A DNA stretch of 64,000 nt from a bacterium (GCA_963675295.2 CAXXKJ010000002.1:4416001-4480000), one strand, 5' to 3'. Counted from the stretch's first letter, positions 1 through 10,425 are shown. Notes: generated by a model from the sequence alone, not told the origin. A program made the numbers and translations.

Positions 1-1289
1 GGCGCACAGACATCCGGCTTGATACGGCCGTCATCGGTGGGACCCCAGGAACTGAAGGAGGTCATGTTGTCATTGTCATCGGTCGCACCAACGACGATGG
101 AGTTTTTCGCGCTGGAGGGGACGGACATGGTCTCGTAGGAACCCGGGCATCCCGCGCCGCGTTCGTTGCCTGCAGCCCAGGTAACAATCAGCGGATCGCC
201 GACGGCACCTCTCACGAGGCTGTCGATCAATGCGCTGACGGATTCGTAATCTCCGAGCCAGTCGCAGTCATAACCATTGGGGCCAACATTCGCGCCAACG
301 GAATTGGTGAACAGATGCGCGCCCATGCTATGGGCGGTCTCGTAGTTTTCGTAGATGTCCTGCGGGCTGTCATAGAAGCAATAGGGATCGCACTCCTCAT
401 ACGCGAAGCTGAGGAGGGTTACAGCGGGCGCCATGCCACGATGAGCGTAGTCGCCGTTTCCGCCGACGGTGCCCGCGACGTGGGTCGGGTGCGAATCGGC
501 AACCCCGCCCTCACCCTGCGTCATGCGATCCTCAAAATCCGCGTGCGGATAAACCAGGCCGCCGTCGTAGACACAGACCGTCTCGCCCGCACCGTCAAGG
601 AAATACGGGGCTTCGTTGATCTCGTCAACGTTCATCGCCGCACGGACACCGGCATTGAGCATCTCCAGCGGCGGACTGATGCTGGTAACGTAGTGGACGC
701 GCGGGTCCTGCGCCAGGCGTGCGGGCAGGTCCGAATCACCGAGAACGTGCCACGTGTTGAGCACGCTGATCAACGCACCCGGCTCACCGCCGGCTTCATA
801 AATCAACGTTTCGGCTTCGCTTTCGAGCACGTTCTTCATCATCACGACGGCGTAGAGGTTGCCGTCCGGGGTGACTGCCCAGGAGGGCATGTCGTTCGCC
901 GCAACACGGAGGTCAACTTTGTCCTCCGGCAGCATCGGTCCCGCCCAGCGCAGGTCGAGATTGTCGAATGCTGAGGATTCCACACCCGGCTGGAGGTACG
1001 CCACCCAGGCTCCGCCACCGATGTATTCCTGCAATTGGACGCCGGCCTGGCTGAGGCCGCGCTTCACGTTTTCCGCCGGATGATCGCGGAACTGCAGGAT
1101 GATGGTGGACGCCTCGCCACTGGAACGTTGCGCGACCCACTGGCCGCCGTCATCGGCGGGAGTCAGCGTCCGTGTCGGGAGGTCGATCCGGAACGTTTTC
1201 GGTGCGGAGAACACGGTCAGCGGCAACAGAAGCGCGAGAATCAGGATCAATCCCACGCGCGCCGCGTCAGCACGATTGGCAAGCATCAT
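1..1289 (-). CDS. S8 (subtilisin-family) serine peptidase with signal peptide, truncated at window edge
   Basis: Not in ORF track (runs off the edge). Manual translation: MMLANRADAARVGLILILALLLPL (GAGG upstream), VYDGG (Asp), HPTHVAGTV (His), WAAGNE (oxyanion Asn), FSSWGPTDDGRIKPDVCA. Confidence 0.9.
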   Translation of the reverse strand, partial: MMLANRADAARVGLILILALLLPLTVFSAPKTFRIDLPTRTLTPADDGGQWVAQRSSGEASTIILQFRDHPAENVKRGLSQAGVQLQEYIGGGAWVAYLQPGVESSAFDNLDLRWAGPMLPEDKVDLRVAANDMPSWAVTPDGNLYAVVMMKNVLESEAETLIYEAGGEPGALISVLNTWHVLGDSDLPARLAQDPRVHYVTSISPPLEMLNAGVRAAMNVDEINEAPYFLDGAGETVCVYDGGLVYPHADFEDRMTQGEGGVADSHPTHVAGTVGGNGDYAHRGMAPAVTLLSFAYEECDPYCFYDSPQDIYENYETAHSMGAHLFTNSVGANVGPNGYDCDWLGDYESVSALIDSLVRGAVGDPLIVTWAAGNERGAGCPGSYETMSVPSSAKNSIVVGATDDNDNMTSFSSWGPTDDGRIKPDVCA

Positions 1290-1546
1290 GGCAACCTCTT
1301 GCATGGCCTGTGAGTTGTGGGTCAGGACAGGGATGTGTCCTTCTCTGGATGTGCTAATATAGTCCGCGAACACACAATTCCTCGCTGGACAAGCTAAGTT
1401 TTCGAGATTTTACCCGCAGAACCGGAGATCCATCCTGTACCCGGCTACCCGGGCCACAAGATGAACCGGGCCAACTCCATGGGCCAGGTCGATGAGTCAG
1501 CGAGAACTTCTCTCCACTTTCGGATTCGAACACCTACCTTTGCCGC

Positions 1547-1963
1547 ATGGCTGAACGCAAACACATCCTGGTCGCCGCCGGCCTGATCTGGCGCGACGAC
1601 GGCTTGATTCTGATCTCGCAACGTCCGGACGGCGGCTCGCACGCCGGTTGCTGGGAATTGCCCGGTGGCAAGGTGGAAGCCGGGGAAACGGTGGCTCAGG
1701 CGTTGGAACGTGAGATCCGGGAAGAATTGGGGGTCAAGGTCACGGCGGGACCGGAATTCAACCGGGTGACGCATGAGTATCCGGAATTGACGGTGACGCT
1801 GGCCGGGTTGCATGCGCGGTATGTGAGCGGTGAGCCGCAAACGCTGGAGGTGGCGGACTGGCGCTGGGTACATGCGGACGAGCTGTTGCGGTACGAATTT
1901 CCCGCGGCGAACGCGCGGTTGTTTGATAGCGAGTGGAAGACCTCTCCGTACTTACAGACCTGA
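1547..1963 (+). CDS. NUDIX hydrolase, MutT/NudG-like
   Basis: Nudix box GGKVEAGETVAQALEREIREELG; MutT-like C-terminal FPAAN. Confidence 0.9.
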   Translation: MAERKHILVAAGLIWRDDGLILISQRPDGGSHAGCWELPGGKVEAGETVAQALEREIREELGVKVTAGPEFNRVTHEYPELTVTLAGLHARYVSGEPQTLEVADWRWVHADELLRYEFPAANARLFDSEWKTSPYLQT

Positions 1964-1974
1964 TGAACGACGGG

Positions 1975-2098
1975 GTCATTCCGAACGGAACGAAGAGACG
2001 TGAGAGAAGGTCCAGCTTCGACCATCCAGAATCGAAGAGTCACTTGTTGATCATTGGGCTCTTCTTCGGCCGCATACGCACGCGACCGTCAGAATGAC
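1975..2098. repeat. GTCAT..ATGAC-bounded palindromic intergenic repeat (REP/MITE-like), degenerate copy
   Basis: Ends gtcattccgaac / gtcagaatgac, related to copies at 43380, 43497, 45298 and 57332. Confidence 0.6.
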
Positions 2099-2223
2099 GT
2101 GCTGGCCGGCCTTTGACGAAAATCGTGCGTTTCTACTTTATCGGAAACCAAACGGGGGCACCTCGATGAGATGCCCCGTCATGATGCTAAGAACCGTGCA
2201 ACGCGGCGTAGCTTCCGGCAGCA

Positions 2224-3441
2224 TCACACCACCGGCGCGGCAGGCGGCGGGTCGTTTGGATTAACCCACGGCACGCCGCGAATCCCTTCCCGATCAATGC
2301 CCTCGATGGAAAACTCCGGATCGTTGAGGAAGGCGGAAAACGTCGCGATGAAGGTGATGATCACCGTCGTCAAGAAGTCCTTGTCCTCGTACAGCTCGAT
2401 GAGGGCGTCCCGTCGATCCTGTCCGCGTGTGTTGGCGAAGCGTTCGAGGAAGAACCCGGCGAGGCTGCCTTCGCTGTTGGCGGCGTGGACCTGTGTTGCG
2501 CCACCGTGGTAGCAGTACTCCATCGTTTCGATGAACTGGCGGCGCAGGTCGGGCATTTCGGATTCGTCATGCGTCGCAATCAGTTCCAGCGCCAGCCATT
2601 GTGCTTCCCGGATGCTGGCGATGGCGACCGCGTCAAACAGCGACTTGGTGGTCTCGTCGAGATTGCAGCGTCCCGTGATGCGCAGCAACGACAGGAACAA
2701 CGCATTCTTGAACAGCTGGGCGAGCAGCAATGATCCTTCCTTCGGTTCCGGCAGGAAGTGGTACTGGCGGATGCGCACGCCCTTGTAGACGGACACGAAG
2801 AACAGGTCGAACAGGTTGCGGTAGAAGTTGTAGCGGATGACACCGGGCCGGTGGATGTGATGGTCCAGTGTGTTGTCGAGCCGGTCGGCGAGTTTGACAT
2901 GCAGCAGGTCGGGCATGCGTTCGGACGCATCGAGCAGCCGCACGAGGTACGCCTGATACGGCAACCCCGGTTCTCGTGTCAGATAGGACAATCGTTCGCC
3001 GAGATACCACTGCTGTTCGTTGCCGATTTTCTCCAGCAGCATGTTGAAGCTGTTGGCGAACTCGTCCCGGCTTTTCTCCGGAATGCGGCTTATCGGCAGG
3101 TCTTCGTCCTTATCATGCAGCAGCGCACCGAGCAGATCGAGAATGTCCGGATCGCGCATGCAGCGTGACAGCAGCGCGGCTGTGCGCAGCGGATGCAGCA
3201 CCGCCATCGGACCGATTTTGCGGCGTGTCCGGCCGTAGCCAAGCCGGATGATGCTGACGGTCTGCTTCAGCGCTTCCTGATCCGGCACTTTCGCCGGACC
3301 GGTAACCAGGGCGAGCAGTGCGTCCTCATTGGGCACTTCCGCGCTGAGGTGATAGTTGATCTCCGCCGACAGGTTCATGAAATGCTCGACGGTGATCAGC
3401 TCCCGTTCTCCCTCCATGATCGCAAAGTCTGTCATACGCAT
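2224..3441 (-). CDS. HD-domain protein, RelA/SpoT (Mesh1/SAH)-hydrolase-like N-terminal half with unknown helical C-terminal half
   Basis: Motifs HPLRTA, ALLHDKDED, VKLADRLDN; no recognisable synthetase, TGS or ACT domain. Confidence 0.7.
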   Translation of the reverse strand: MRMTDFAIMEGERELITVEHFMNLSAEINYHLSAEVPNEDALLALVTGPAKVPDQEALKQTVSIIRLGYGRTRRKIGPMAVLHPLRTAALLSRCMRDPDILDLLGALLHDKDEDLPISRIPEKSRDEFANSFNMLLEKIGNEQQWYLGERLSYLTREPGLPYQAYLVRLLDASERMPDLLHVKLADRLDNTLDHHIHRPGVIRYNFYRNLFDLFFVSVYKGVRIRQYHFLPEPKEGSLLLAQLFKNALFLSLLRITGRCNLDETTKSLFDAVAIASIREAQWLALELIATHDESEMPDLRRQFIETMEYCYHGGATQVHAANSEGSLAGFFLERFANTRGQDRRDALIELYEDKDFLTTVIITFIATFSAFLNDPEFSIEGIDREGIRGVPWVNPNDPPPAAPVV

Positions 3442-3607
3442 CCATCTGGTTGACCCATGACCCGAACTGACAACTCCAAGCGGAAAAGATAGTACGCGCT
3501 ACCCGCCGCCCGCTATTGCAAATTTGCGAAAACACAAGTCAAATAAAAAACGCGACCCAGAGGCCGCGTTCCAATGCCAGAAACTGGCAGTATACTCGTA
3601 CGATTGA

Positions 3608-3781
3608 TCAGTTGTTGTGCGGGTTGGTGGACTCGTCCACGCAATGCGCACGCAGGTGATCGTCGGTCATGCCGGCGAGGTCGCCGGCGACATTGGCCGG
3701 GCACAGGTAGGTGTGGCCGGTTTCACTCTTGACCCACGTAACGTTGATCGCCTGCTTCACTTCGCGAGTTTCCTGTTCCAT
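3608..3781 (-). CDS. Small hypothetical protein (57 aa, two Cys)
   Basis: AGGAG RBS before ATG at 3781; MEQETREV...YLCP...HCVDESTNPHNN; co-oriented with the thioredoxin gene. Confidence 0.7.
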   Translation of the reverse strand: MEQETREVKQAINVTWVKSETGHTYLCPANVAGDLAGMTDDHLRAHCVDESTNPHNN

Positions 3782-3860
3782 CTCATCTCTCCTTTTTGTT
3801 TCGGATCGGTGTCGTGTTCCCACGCACGGTTTTCCGATCCAATCATGTTTACGACTGTTG

Positions 3861-4223
3861 TTAAGCGATATGTTCTGCGCGCTCTTCCTTCAGCGCGTTG
3901 ATGTCCAGTGTTTCCGCCTGGCGTACAATTTCATGGAAAACGTCCGCCGGGGGTCCGCCGGGCTGGTTGTACAGCATCTCGCCGTCCCGGTACACGATCA
4001 GCGTGGGGATATAGCGGATGTTGAACATCTCTTTCAGCTCCGGTTCCTGATCGGTGTCCAGTTTCGCGAAACGGTGTTGCTGATACGCGTCAGCCAACCT
4101 TTCGAATTCCGGTTGGAACCTCTGGCAATCCGGGCACCAATCCGCGCCCGCTGCGATGAAGACGATGCCGTCTGTCTGGACTACATCCCGGAAATTGCTG
4201 GCTGTCAACTGAATCGTTTCCAT
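3861..4223 (-). CDS. Thioredoxin family protein (WCPDC)
   Basis: ADWCPDC active site, cis-Pro motif IRYIPTL. Confidence 0.9.
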   Translation of the reverse strand: METIQLTASNFRDVVQTDGIVFIAAGADWCPDCQRFQPEFERLADAYQQHRFAKLDTDQEPELKEMFNIRYIPTLIVYRDGEMLYNQPGGPPADVFHEIVRQAETLDINALKEERAEHIA

Positions 4224-4262
4224 CGTTCACCCGCGCTTGTTGCGTTCTTGATGTTAGGCTAA

Positions 4263-4339
4263 GCGAACTCTGTGCCAGTTTGCGGAGTGATGGTTGCTAG
4301 CAAGGGAGACAACCGGATGAACCTGCAGTGGATGTGCCA
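4263..4339 (-). promoter_or_regulatory. Two tandem candidate sigma-54 (-24/-12) promoters upstream of thioredoxin
   Basis: Minus strand TGGCACAGAGTTCGC (4263-4277) and TGGCACATCCACTGC (4325-4339), both GG-N10-GC. Confidence 0.5.
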
Positions 4340-4452
4340 GTGGTGACAGGCTTTACAAGAAGAGAGACAGATCGGTACCGGCATTCGGAGTATCAGGTTG
4401 CGAGGCGACTGGACAGATGTGTTACGTTCTAAAACAAAATAATCGTATCGTT

Positions 4453-5394
4453 TCAGAACACTGGGGGTTGTGCGTCCTCCTTGCGGCCACGGCGGGGACC
4501 GTCCAGCAGCGACTCCCGCAGCAGCAGGTAGCTGGTGTAACGGTCGGGATGGATCGCACCGGACTCGGCCGCGTCACGAACCGCGCAACCGGCGCTGTTC
4601 TCGAGGTGCAGGCAGTCGTCGAAGCGGCACTGATCGCGATACTCCATAAACTCGGGGAAGTGCTGCGCGAGGGAGTTTACGTCCTCGATGACCGGGAAGA
4701 ATTCACGGATGCCGGGAGTGTCGGCGACGGTACCGCCGCCGGGCAGCGGGTAGAGGAACGTGGCGGTGGTGGTGTGGACACCACGATCGGTCGCGGCGGA
4801 AATGGCGGAGGTGTCGAGGTCGAGGTCGGAGATCAGTGCGTTGAGCACGGTCGACTTGCCGACGCCGGACGCGCCGGCGAGCATGCTCACCTTGCCACGC
4901 AGACTGGCCTCGAGCTCAGCCAGCCCTTCCCCACTCTGGGCGCTGATGGTGTGGATCGGGTATACGTTCCGCCACGGTGCGAGGTAGCGGTCGATCTCGT
5001 CCCCGGTGAACAGGTCGGTTTTGTTGAGCACAATGGTGGTGTTCATGCTGCCGATGGACGCGCCGACCAGCATTCGGTCGACCAGGCGTGGGCTGACCAC
5101 CGGTTCACGAATGGTAGTTAACAGGAAGAACTGCTCGATGTTGGCGGCGATTTCTTTCTTGCGGCCGTAGGAGTAGCGTTCGAGGAAGCTGCTGCGGTCG
5201 TGGATCGCGTCGATGAAGCCGTCCTTGGTCGCGGTGGACGGTTTGAAATCAACGTAGTCGCCGGGGACAGGCATACCCATCCGTTTCCCCTTGCCGGGGA
5301 CACGGCACCAGTGCTGCGTGCCGGAATCGTCCCGTACGAGCACACCCTGCTTCGCGCGGGTGAGAACCAGGCCCTGTTCGTTTGGTGCTGTCAT
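4453..5394 (-). CDS. rsgA: Ribosome small subunit-dependent GTPase A
   Basis: Circularly permuted GTPase NKTD...GASGVGKS...HTTT...DTPG and Zn finger CRFDDCLH...C; start placed at MTAPNEQ. Confidence 0.95.
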   Translation of the reverse strand: MTAPNEQGLVLTRAKQGVLVRDDSGTQHWCRVPGKGKRMGMPVPGDYVDFKPSTATKDGFIDAIHDRSSFLERYSYGRKKEIAANIEQFFLLTTIREPVVSPRLVDRMLVGASIGSMNTTIVLNKTDLFTGDEIDRYLAPWRNVYPIHTISAQSGEGLAELEASLRGKVSMLAGASGVGKSTVLNALISDLDLDTSAISAATDRGVHTTTATFLYPLPGGGTVADTPGIREFFPVIEDVNSLAQHFPEFMEYRDQCRFDDCLHLENSAGCAVRDAAESGAIHPDRYTSYLLLRESLLDGPRRGRKEDAQPPVF

Positions 5395-5630
5395 TGCGGA
5401 TTCAACGTTCGCTGTCCCTCCTGCGTTGATTGGACGGGTTTTCTTCGGGATCGCCGTCCACTTTTGCGAGTGGAAAGATAGTACATCAAGGGCGGCTTGG
5501 CTTCTCACGTGAGAAGAATTCGCAAGGCGGGAACTGTTGCGGGTTCCCGGGCTTTGTGTACATTCCCTCAATCAATATCAGGATTTGTGAATTCAGAGCC
5601 GGTAGTAAACACGGAACAGGGAGCGATTTG

Positions 5631-5972
5631 ATGAAGATTCTGTGGAAGATTATCGCAGTGGCTGTCGCAGTGATGGTGACGGCTTACATCCTGCCGGGCA
5701 TTGTGGTCGAAAGCTTCTGGGCGGCGGTGGTTACGGCGGTTGTACTGTCGCTGGTAAACATTCTGCTGAAGCCCTTGCTGGTGATCCTGACGTTGCCCGC
5801 GACAATCATGACGCTCGGCCTGTTCCTGCTGGTGATCAACGCATTGATGCTGCTGCTTGTCGGCGCGATTGTGCCGGGCTTTGGTGTCGACACCTTCTGG
5901 TGGGCTCTGATCGGGTCGGTGATCATTTCGTTGATCAGCTCGCTGCTCAACCCGAAGCGAAGGGATGACTGA
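5631..5972 (+). CDS. 4-TMS membrane protein, 'phage holin superfamily IV'/YvlD-like
   Basis: Hydrophobic; NILLKPLLVILTLP..TLGLFLLVINALML signature; TGATG overlap with cinA. Confidence 0.85.
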   Translation: MKILWKIIAVAVAVMVTAYILPGIVVESFWAAVVTAVVLSLVNILLKPLLVILTLPATIMTLGLFLLVINALMLLLVGAIVPGFGVDTFWWALIGSVIISLISSLLNPKRRDD

Positions 5973-7243
5973 TGCAATCGGAAATCCTCGTCATCGGTGA
6001 TGAAATTTTGCTCGGGCAGACGCTCGACAGCAATTCGAATTTCATCGCGCAGCGGTTGGCGGAAATCGGCCAGCCGGTGCACGCGATCACGGTGTTGCCG
6101 GACGACAAGGACGTGATGCTGGAAGCGTTCCGGAAGGCGTATCACCGCTCGGATGTGGTTTTAATCACGGGCGGGTTGGGTCCGACGCACGACGACAAGA
6201 CGAAGTCGGTGATCGCGCGGTTTTTCGATCTGCCGATCATCTTCCGCAATGATCTGATGGACCACGTGCGCGAGATCTACCGCAAGCGTCAGTTGAGTTT
6301 CAACGAGGTCAGCCGTGAGCAGGCGGAATTCCCGGAGGGAGCGACACCGATTCCGAACCGTTTTGGCACCGCCCCGGGGATCTGGGTGGAGCGTGAAGGC
6401 CGGTTCTACGCCGCGATGCCGGGTGTACCGGCGGAGATGAAGGCGATGATGACCGACTTCATCATCCCGCGTCTGAAGAAACGCAGCGAGGGGCGTGACA
6501 CGACCCGTTTCCTCTCGATCCACACCTTCGGAATCAAGGAATCGGACCTGTTTGAGAAGCTGGACAATCGGGAAGAGATCGAAGAGCACGCTGACATGGC
6601 GTTCCTGCCCTCGTACAAAGGCGTGCGGATGCGGCTGACGGTACGCGCAAAATCTCTGGACGCCGCAAACGAGCTGCTGCGTCGGGCCGAGCGCCTGGTG
6701 CGGGAAAAGGTGGAGCCGTGGATCATCGGTGTCGGGGAAGCGTTCTCCGTTGAGGAAGCGGTCGGCAACCTGCTCAAGGAGCGGGGCTGGAAGCTGGTGA
6801 CGGCGGAATCGTGCACGGCAGGCTTGCTCGCGAAACGCCTGACCGATATCTCCGGTTCGACGGCGTGGTTTGAGCGTGGCTGGGTCACGTACAGCAACGA
6901 AGCGAAGATGGAAGAGCTCGGTGTCCCGGTGGAGATGCTGGAAAAGCACGGCGCGGTGTCGGCGGAGGTTGCGGAAGCGATGGCAGAGGGGGCGCTGAAG
7001 CGGTCGCGCGGCAATGTCGCGTTGTCGATTACTGGCGTTGCCGGTCCCACCGGCGGCACGGAGGAAAAGCCGGTCGGGCTGGTGTACATCGGGTATGCGG
7101 ACGCGGTCAAGGTGATCAGCAAGAAGCATCAGTTCGCGGACGATCGGGAGGTCAACCGTGAACGGAGCGCGACGGCGGCGTTGATGTTGCTGCTGGATCA
7201 ATTTCAGCCTCACGATCACGGAAACGAGCCTCAGTTGATTTAG
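5972..7243 (+). CDS. cinA: Competence/damage-inducible protein CinA (MocF + PncC domains)
   Basis: IGDEILLG..DSN, TGGLGPTHDD, AESCTAG, SITGVAGP. Confidence 0.95.
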   Translation: MQSEILVIGDEILLGQTLDSNSNFIAQRLAEIGQPVHAITVLPDDKDVMLEAFRKAYHRSDVVLITGGLGPTHDDKTKSVIARFFDLPIIFRNDLMDHVREIYRKRQLSFNEVSREQAEFPEGATPIPNRFGTAPGIWVEREGRFYAAMPGVPAEMKAMMTDFIIPRLKKRSEGRDTTRFLSIHTFGIKESDLFEKLDNREEIEEHADMAFLPSYKGVRMRLTVRAKSLDAANELLRRAERLVREKVEPWIIGVGEAFSVEEAVGNLLKERGWKLVTAESCTAGLLAKRLTDISGSTAWFERGWVTYSNEAKMEELGVPVEMLEKHGAVSAEVAEAMAEGALKRSRGNVALSITGVAGPTGGTEEKPVGLVYIGYADAVKVISKKHQFADDREVNRERSATAALMLLLDQFQPHDHGNEPQLI

Positions 7244-7301
7244 CTCTCCTCATACTGAACACTTGTTTCATTCGAGATGTTGTGTTATTTTTACGCCCAC
7301 T

Positions 7302-7862
7302 ATGATGCGCACATTCATCGCACTCACCTTGCCCGAGTTGCTCAAGGACCGTATGCTTGAGGTCAGCGGGGCGTTGTCGAAGACGGACGCAAAGATCAAA
7401 TGGGTCGAGCGTTCGCAGATGCACCTGACGGTCAAGTTCTGCGGTGATGTGGAGCAGGGTCAGATAGATTTGCTGGCGGCGGCGGTCCGTGACGAGGCAA
7501 CGTACTGGCAACACCCGTTACGTCTCGCTGTTGGCGGTTTGGGGGCTTTTCCCAACAAGCGCAACCCGCGAGTGTTGTGGATCGGAGTGCGGGAAAACCT
7601 CGGACTCAATACAATGGCGGAGCGGATCGAACAGGCGGCGGTGGCGGCGGGAATCGAGCCAGAGCAACGGTCGTTTTCCGCGCATCTGACACTGGGCCGG
7701 GTGAAGTTCATCGACCGGTATGATCCGTTGCTGAAGCGGCTGAAAGCGATGGACGTGGAAACGTACCATTACGACATCACCGAGCTGGCGTTGATCGAGA
7801 GCCGTTTGACACCGCAGGGGCCGGTGTACACGCCGGTTGAACAGGTAAAGCTTGGTGGGTGA
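7302..7862 (+). CDS. thpR: RNA 2',3'-cyclic phosphodiesterase (2H phosphoesterase)
   Basis: Two HxT motifs (HLTV, HLTL), MRTFIAL start, cinA-thpR-recA context. Confidence 0.92.
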   Translation: MMRTFIALTLPELLKDRMLEVSGALSKTDAKIKWVERSQMHLTVKFCGDVEQGQIDLLAAAVRDEATYWQHPLRLAVGGLGAFPNKRNPRVLWIGVRENLGLNTMAERIEQAAVAAGIEPEQRSFSAHLTLGRVKFIDRYDPLLKRLKAMDVETYHYDITELALIESRLTPQGPVYTPVEQVKLGG

Positions 7863-7864
7863 AG

Positions 7865-7899
7865 CGGTACTCGGTAGCCGGTAATCGGTAATCGGTACT
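7865..7899. repeat. Heptamer tandem repeat (CGGTAxx x5)
   Basis: cggtact cggtagc cggtaat cggtaat cggtact. Confidence 0.75.
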
Positions 7900-7977
7900 C
7901 CAGGAAGCGGGTGGACGCGTTCCGGGAACGTTGAACAAACAGACATACGACACGAAACACACATAGAGGCACCGACC

Positions 7978-9060
7978 ATGGCGGCACAGGCGAAGAGCAA
8001 GGACGAGAAAAAAGGTCAAGCGATTGACCTCGCGATCACCCAGATCGAGAAGCAGTTCGGCAAGGGCAGCATCATGCGGCTGGGTGATGAGGGCGCGCGG
8101 GTCAAGGTGAATGTGATTCCGACTGGTTCGATTGCGCTGGATTCGGCGTTGGGGATCGGCGGTGTGCCGCGCGGACGTGTCACTGAGATCTACGGACCGG
8201 AAGCGTCCGGCAAGACCACGCTGACGCTGCACCTGATCGCGGAAGCGCAGAAATTGGGCGGTTATGCGGCGTTCATCGACGCGGAACACGCGCTCGATCC
8301 GAACTACGCCCAGGCGCTGGGTGTGGACACGGAAAACCTGCTCATTTCCCAGCCTGACACTGGTGAACAAGCGCTCGAGATTGCGGAGACGCTGGTTCGC
8401 AGCGGCGCATTGGACATTGTCGTGCTCGACTCGGTGGCGGCACTGGTCCCCCGGGCGGAGATTGAAGGCGAGATGGGCGACAGCCATGTCGGGTTGCAAG
8501 CGCGCTTGATGTCGCAGGCGTTACGGAAGCTGACCGGTACGGTGTCCAAGTCGCACACGGCGTTCATCTTCATCAACCAGATCCGCATGAAGATCGGCGT
8601 GATGTTCGGCAACCCGGAGACGACGACCGGCGGCAACGCGTTGAAATTCTACAGTTCGGTGCGGATGGACATCCGGCGGATCGCGTCGATCAAGGACGGG
8701 CAGAACATCATCGGCAACCGGACACGGGTCAAAGTTGTGAAGAACAAGATGTCGCCGCCGTTCCGGGAAGCGGAATTTGACATTTTCTACGGCAAGGGCA
8801 TCAGCCGCAGCGGTGATATCATCGACCTCGGCCTGCAGCATGAGATCTTCACCCGCTCGGGCACGTGGTTCAGTTACGGCGAGGAGCGGCTCGGGCAGGG
8901 ACGTGAACGGGTGCGCCTGTTCCTGGAAGAGAACCCGGAGCTGATGCAGGAGATCGAAAACAACCTAATGGTGAAAATCGGCCTGGCCGAAGCGCCGGAC
9001 GAGGAGGAAAAAGCCGCCGCTGAAACCGAGACGGCGGATACGGCCAAGGACGAGAAGTAA
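7978..9060 (+). CDS. recA: Recombinase RecA
   Basis: [35 protein letters not shown]. Confidence 0.99.
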   Translation: MAAQAKSKDEKKGQAIDLAITQIEKQFGKGSIMRLGDEGARVKVNVIPTGSIALDSALGIGGVPRGRVTEIYGPEASGKTTLTLHLIAEAQKLGGYAAFIDAEHALDPNYAQALGVDTENLLISQPDTGEQALEIAETLVRSGALDIVVLDSVAALVPRAEIEGEMGDSHVGLQARLMSQALRKLTGTVSKSHTAFIFINQIRMKIGVMFGNPETTTGGNALKFYSSVRMDIRRIASIKDGQNIIGNRTRVKVVKNKMSPPFREAEFDIFYGKGISRSGDIIDLGLQHEIFTRSGTWFSYGEERLGQGRERVRLFLEENPELMQEIENNLMVKIGLAEAPDEEEKAAAETETADTAKDEK

Positions 9061-9090
9061 GGCGTCCCGGCAGCCAGTGAAGAAGAATCC

Positions 9091-9591
9091 ATGAGCGAAT
9101 CCCGGTTACGGAAGCAGCCGTCGCTGTCGGCGTACGAGCAGGGAGTGCGTCTGCTTGCCCGGCGTGATCATTCCGTGGCGGAACTTCGCCGTAAGTTGAT
9201 GCAACGACACTTCCCCGCTGCGGAAATCGACGACGCGTTGGCGACGTTGACCGTGCGGGGATTTCTCAATGACGAGCGCACGGCGCGGTTATGGGCGGAG
9301 CAGGAAGCGCGGCGTGGCGGACAGGGCCGGATCAAGGCGTTGAACCGGATGCTGGAACACGGTCTCTCCCGGGAGCACGCCGAGGCGGCACTGGCCGAGC
9401 TCTGGGATCCGGCATTGGAGCGGGAGCACGCGCAGGCGGTGTTGCAGTCGTTGATAGGCTCAATTCCGGAATCTGAGCGGGGTTCACAGAAAGGCTGGGC
9501 GAAGCTGGCCCGGCGTCTCGCCAATCGTGGATTCGATCAGGAACTCATCCGGGAGTTGCTGCGTGCCGATGGTGGCACCGAGAGCGAATAA
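9091..9591 (+). CDS. recX: Regulatory protein RecX
   Basis: LLARRDHS..ELRRKL, GFLNDER, LANRGF; directly after recA. Confidence 0.9.
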   Translation: MSESRLRKQPSLSAYEQGVRLLARRDHSVAELRRKLMQRHFPAAEIDDALATLTVRGFLNDERTARLWAEQEARRGGQGRIKALNRMLEHGLSREHAEAALAELWDPALEREHAQAVLQSLIGSIPESERGSQKGWAKLARRLANRGFDQELIRELLRADGGTESE

Positions 9592-9686
9592 ACAGTACCT
9601 CAACTTGGGTTGGCGGGCTACTCTCGGTACATTCCACTCTGCTCAAGGCATGGGCAGTGTGAAGTGAAACTCCCAAAGGTCCATCC

Positions 9687-10199
9687 ATGTCAGACATGAA
9701 AGAGCCATACCAGAATCTGATCAAGAGCCTGACGAAACTCAGCCTGATGGGCGGGTCTCTGCTTTGGGCGTGGACTCGCTTGAAGTCCGACGTTCAGCGC
9801 GTCAGCCAGGAAGTTGGCGGCTTCGGACGCAAGGTGGCCGGGGAGGCTTACGACTACGGAACGCGTGGCGCGGAGACGGTTTCGTCTTCGGCGCAGCGCA
9901 TGGCGAAATCCGCTCCATCGGTTTTGACGAGTGTGAAGAAACAACAAGAGGCAATCATGGGCAAGCCCAAGAAGAAGTTCTCATTCCTGAAGTTCCTGCT
10001 CATCATGGGCGCGTTGATCGCGTTGGCGATCTTCCTGCTCGACAAGTTCCTGCCGAAGCCGTACCGCGACGATGAACTGGAAGATGCGTGGGCGGGTGAG
10101 GACCTCGAGCCGGCTGAAGACACCCCGGAAGCTCCGGCGGAAGACGATGCGTCTGACGACGACGGCGACAACGAGGGTGATGAGGAGAAGGACCAGTAG
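9687..10199 (+). CDS. Hypothetical membrane-anchored protein with acidic tail
   Basis: One clear TM segment (FLLIMGALIALAIFLL), D/E-rich C-terminus; possible internal start near 9957. Confidence 0.65.
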   Translation: MSDMKEPYQNLIKSLTKLSLMGGSLLWAWTRLKSDVQRVSQEVGGFGRKVAGEAYDYGTRGAETVSSSAQRMAKSAPSVLTSVKKQQEAIMGKPKKKFSFLKFLLIMGALIALAIFLLDKFLPKPYRDDELEDAWAGEDLEPAEDTPEAPAEDDASDDDGDNEGDEEKDQ

Positions 10200-10206
10200 C
10201 TGACCC

Positions 10207-10425
10207 ATGGGTGGCACTCTTGCATTGATCGGAGGCTTTGTCGGCCTGGTCGGGTTGGCAGTGATGTTTTCCAACCGGTGGTCGCATGGCGCGGACCCGA
10301 TCGGCATTCTGCTCTTTTCCCTGTTTTTCCTGAATGGTCTGTATGCGGTGTATCTGCGTGTGACGGGCAAGGAACGCAAGTCGCGCAGCAAAGGACCATT
10401 CTCCGGAAAATCAGGCAAACGGTAG
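10207..10425 (+). CDS. Small 2-TM hypothetical protein
   Basis: Two hydrophobic segments and a basic tail; 7 bp after the previous ORF. Confidence 0.5.
   Translation: MGGTLALIGGFVGLVGLAVMFSNRWSHGADPIGILLFSLFFLNGLYAVYLRVTGKERKSRSKGPFSGKSGKR

Noticed and set aside
5631-5972. Prophage lysis gene (holin)
   Set aside because: Common chromosomal YvlD-like membrane family, coupled to cinA; no phage genes nearby.
7905-7975. LexA box before recA (cgttccgggaacg near-palindrome)
   Set aside because: Does not match the spacing of the SOS boxes I know; a single instance.
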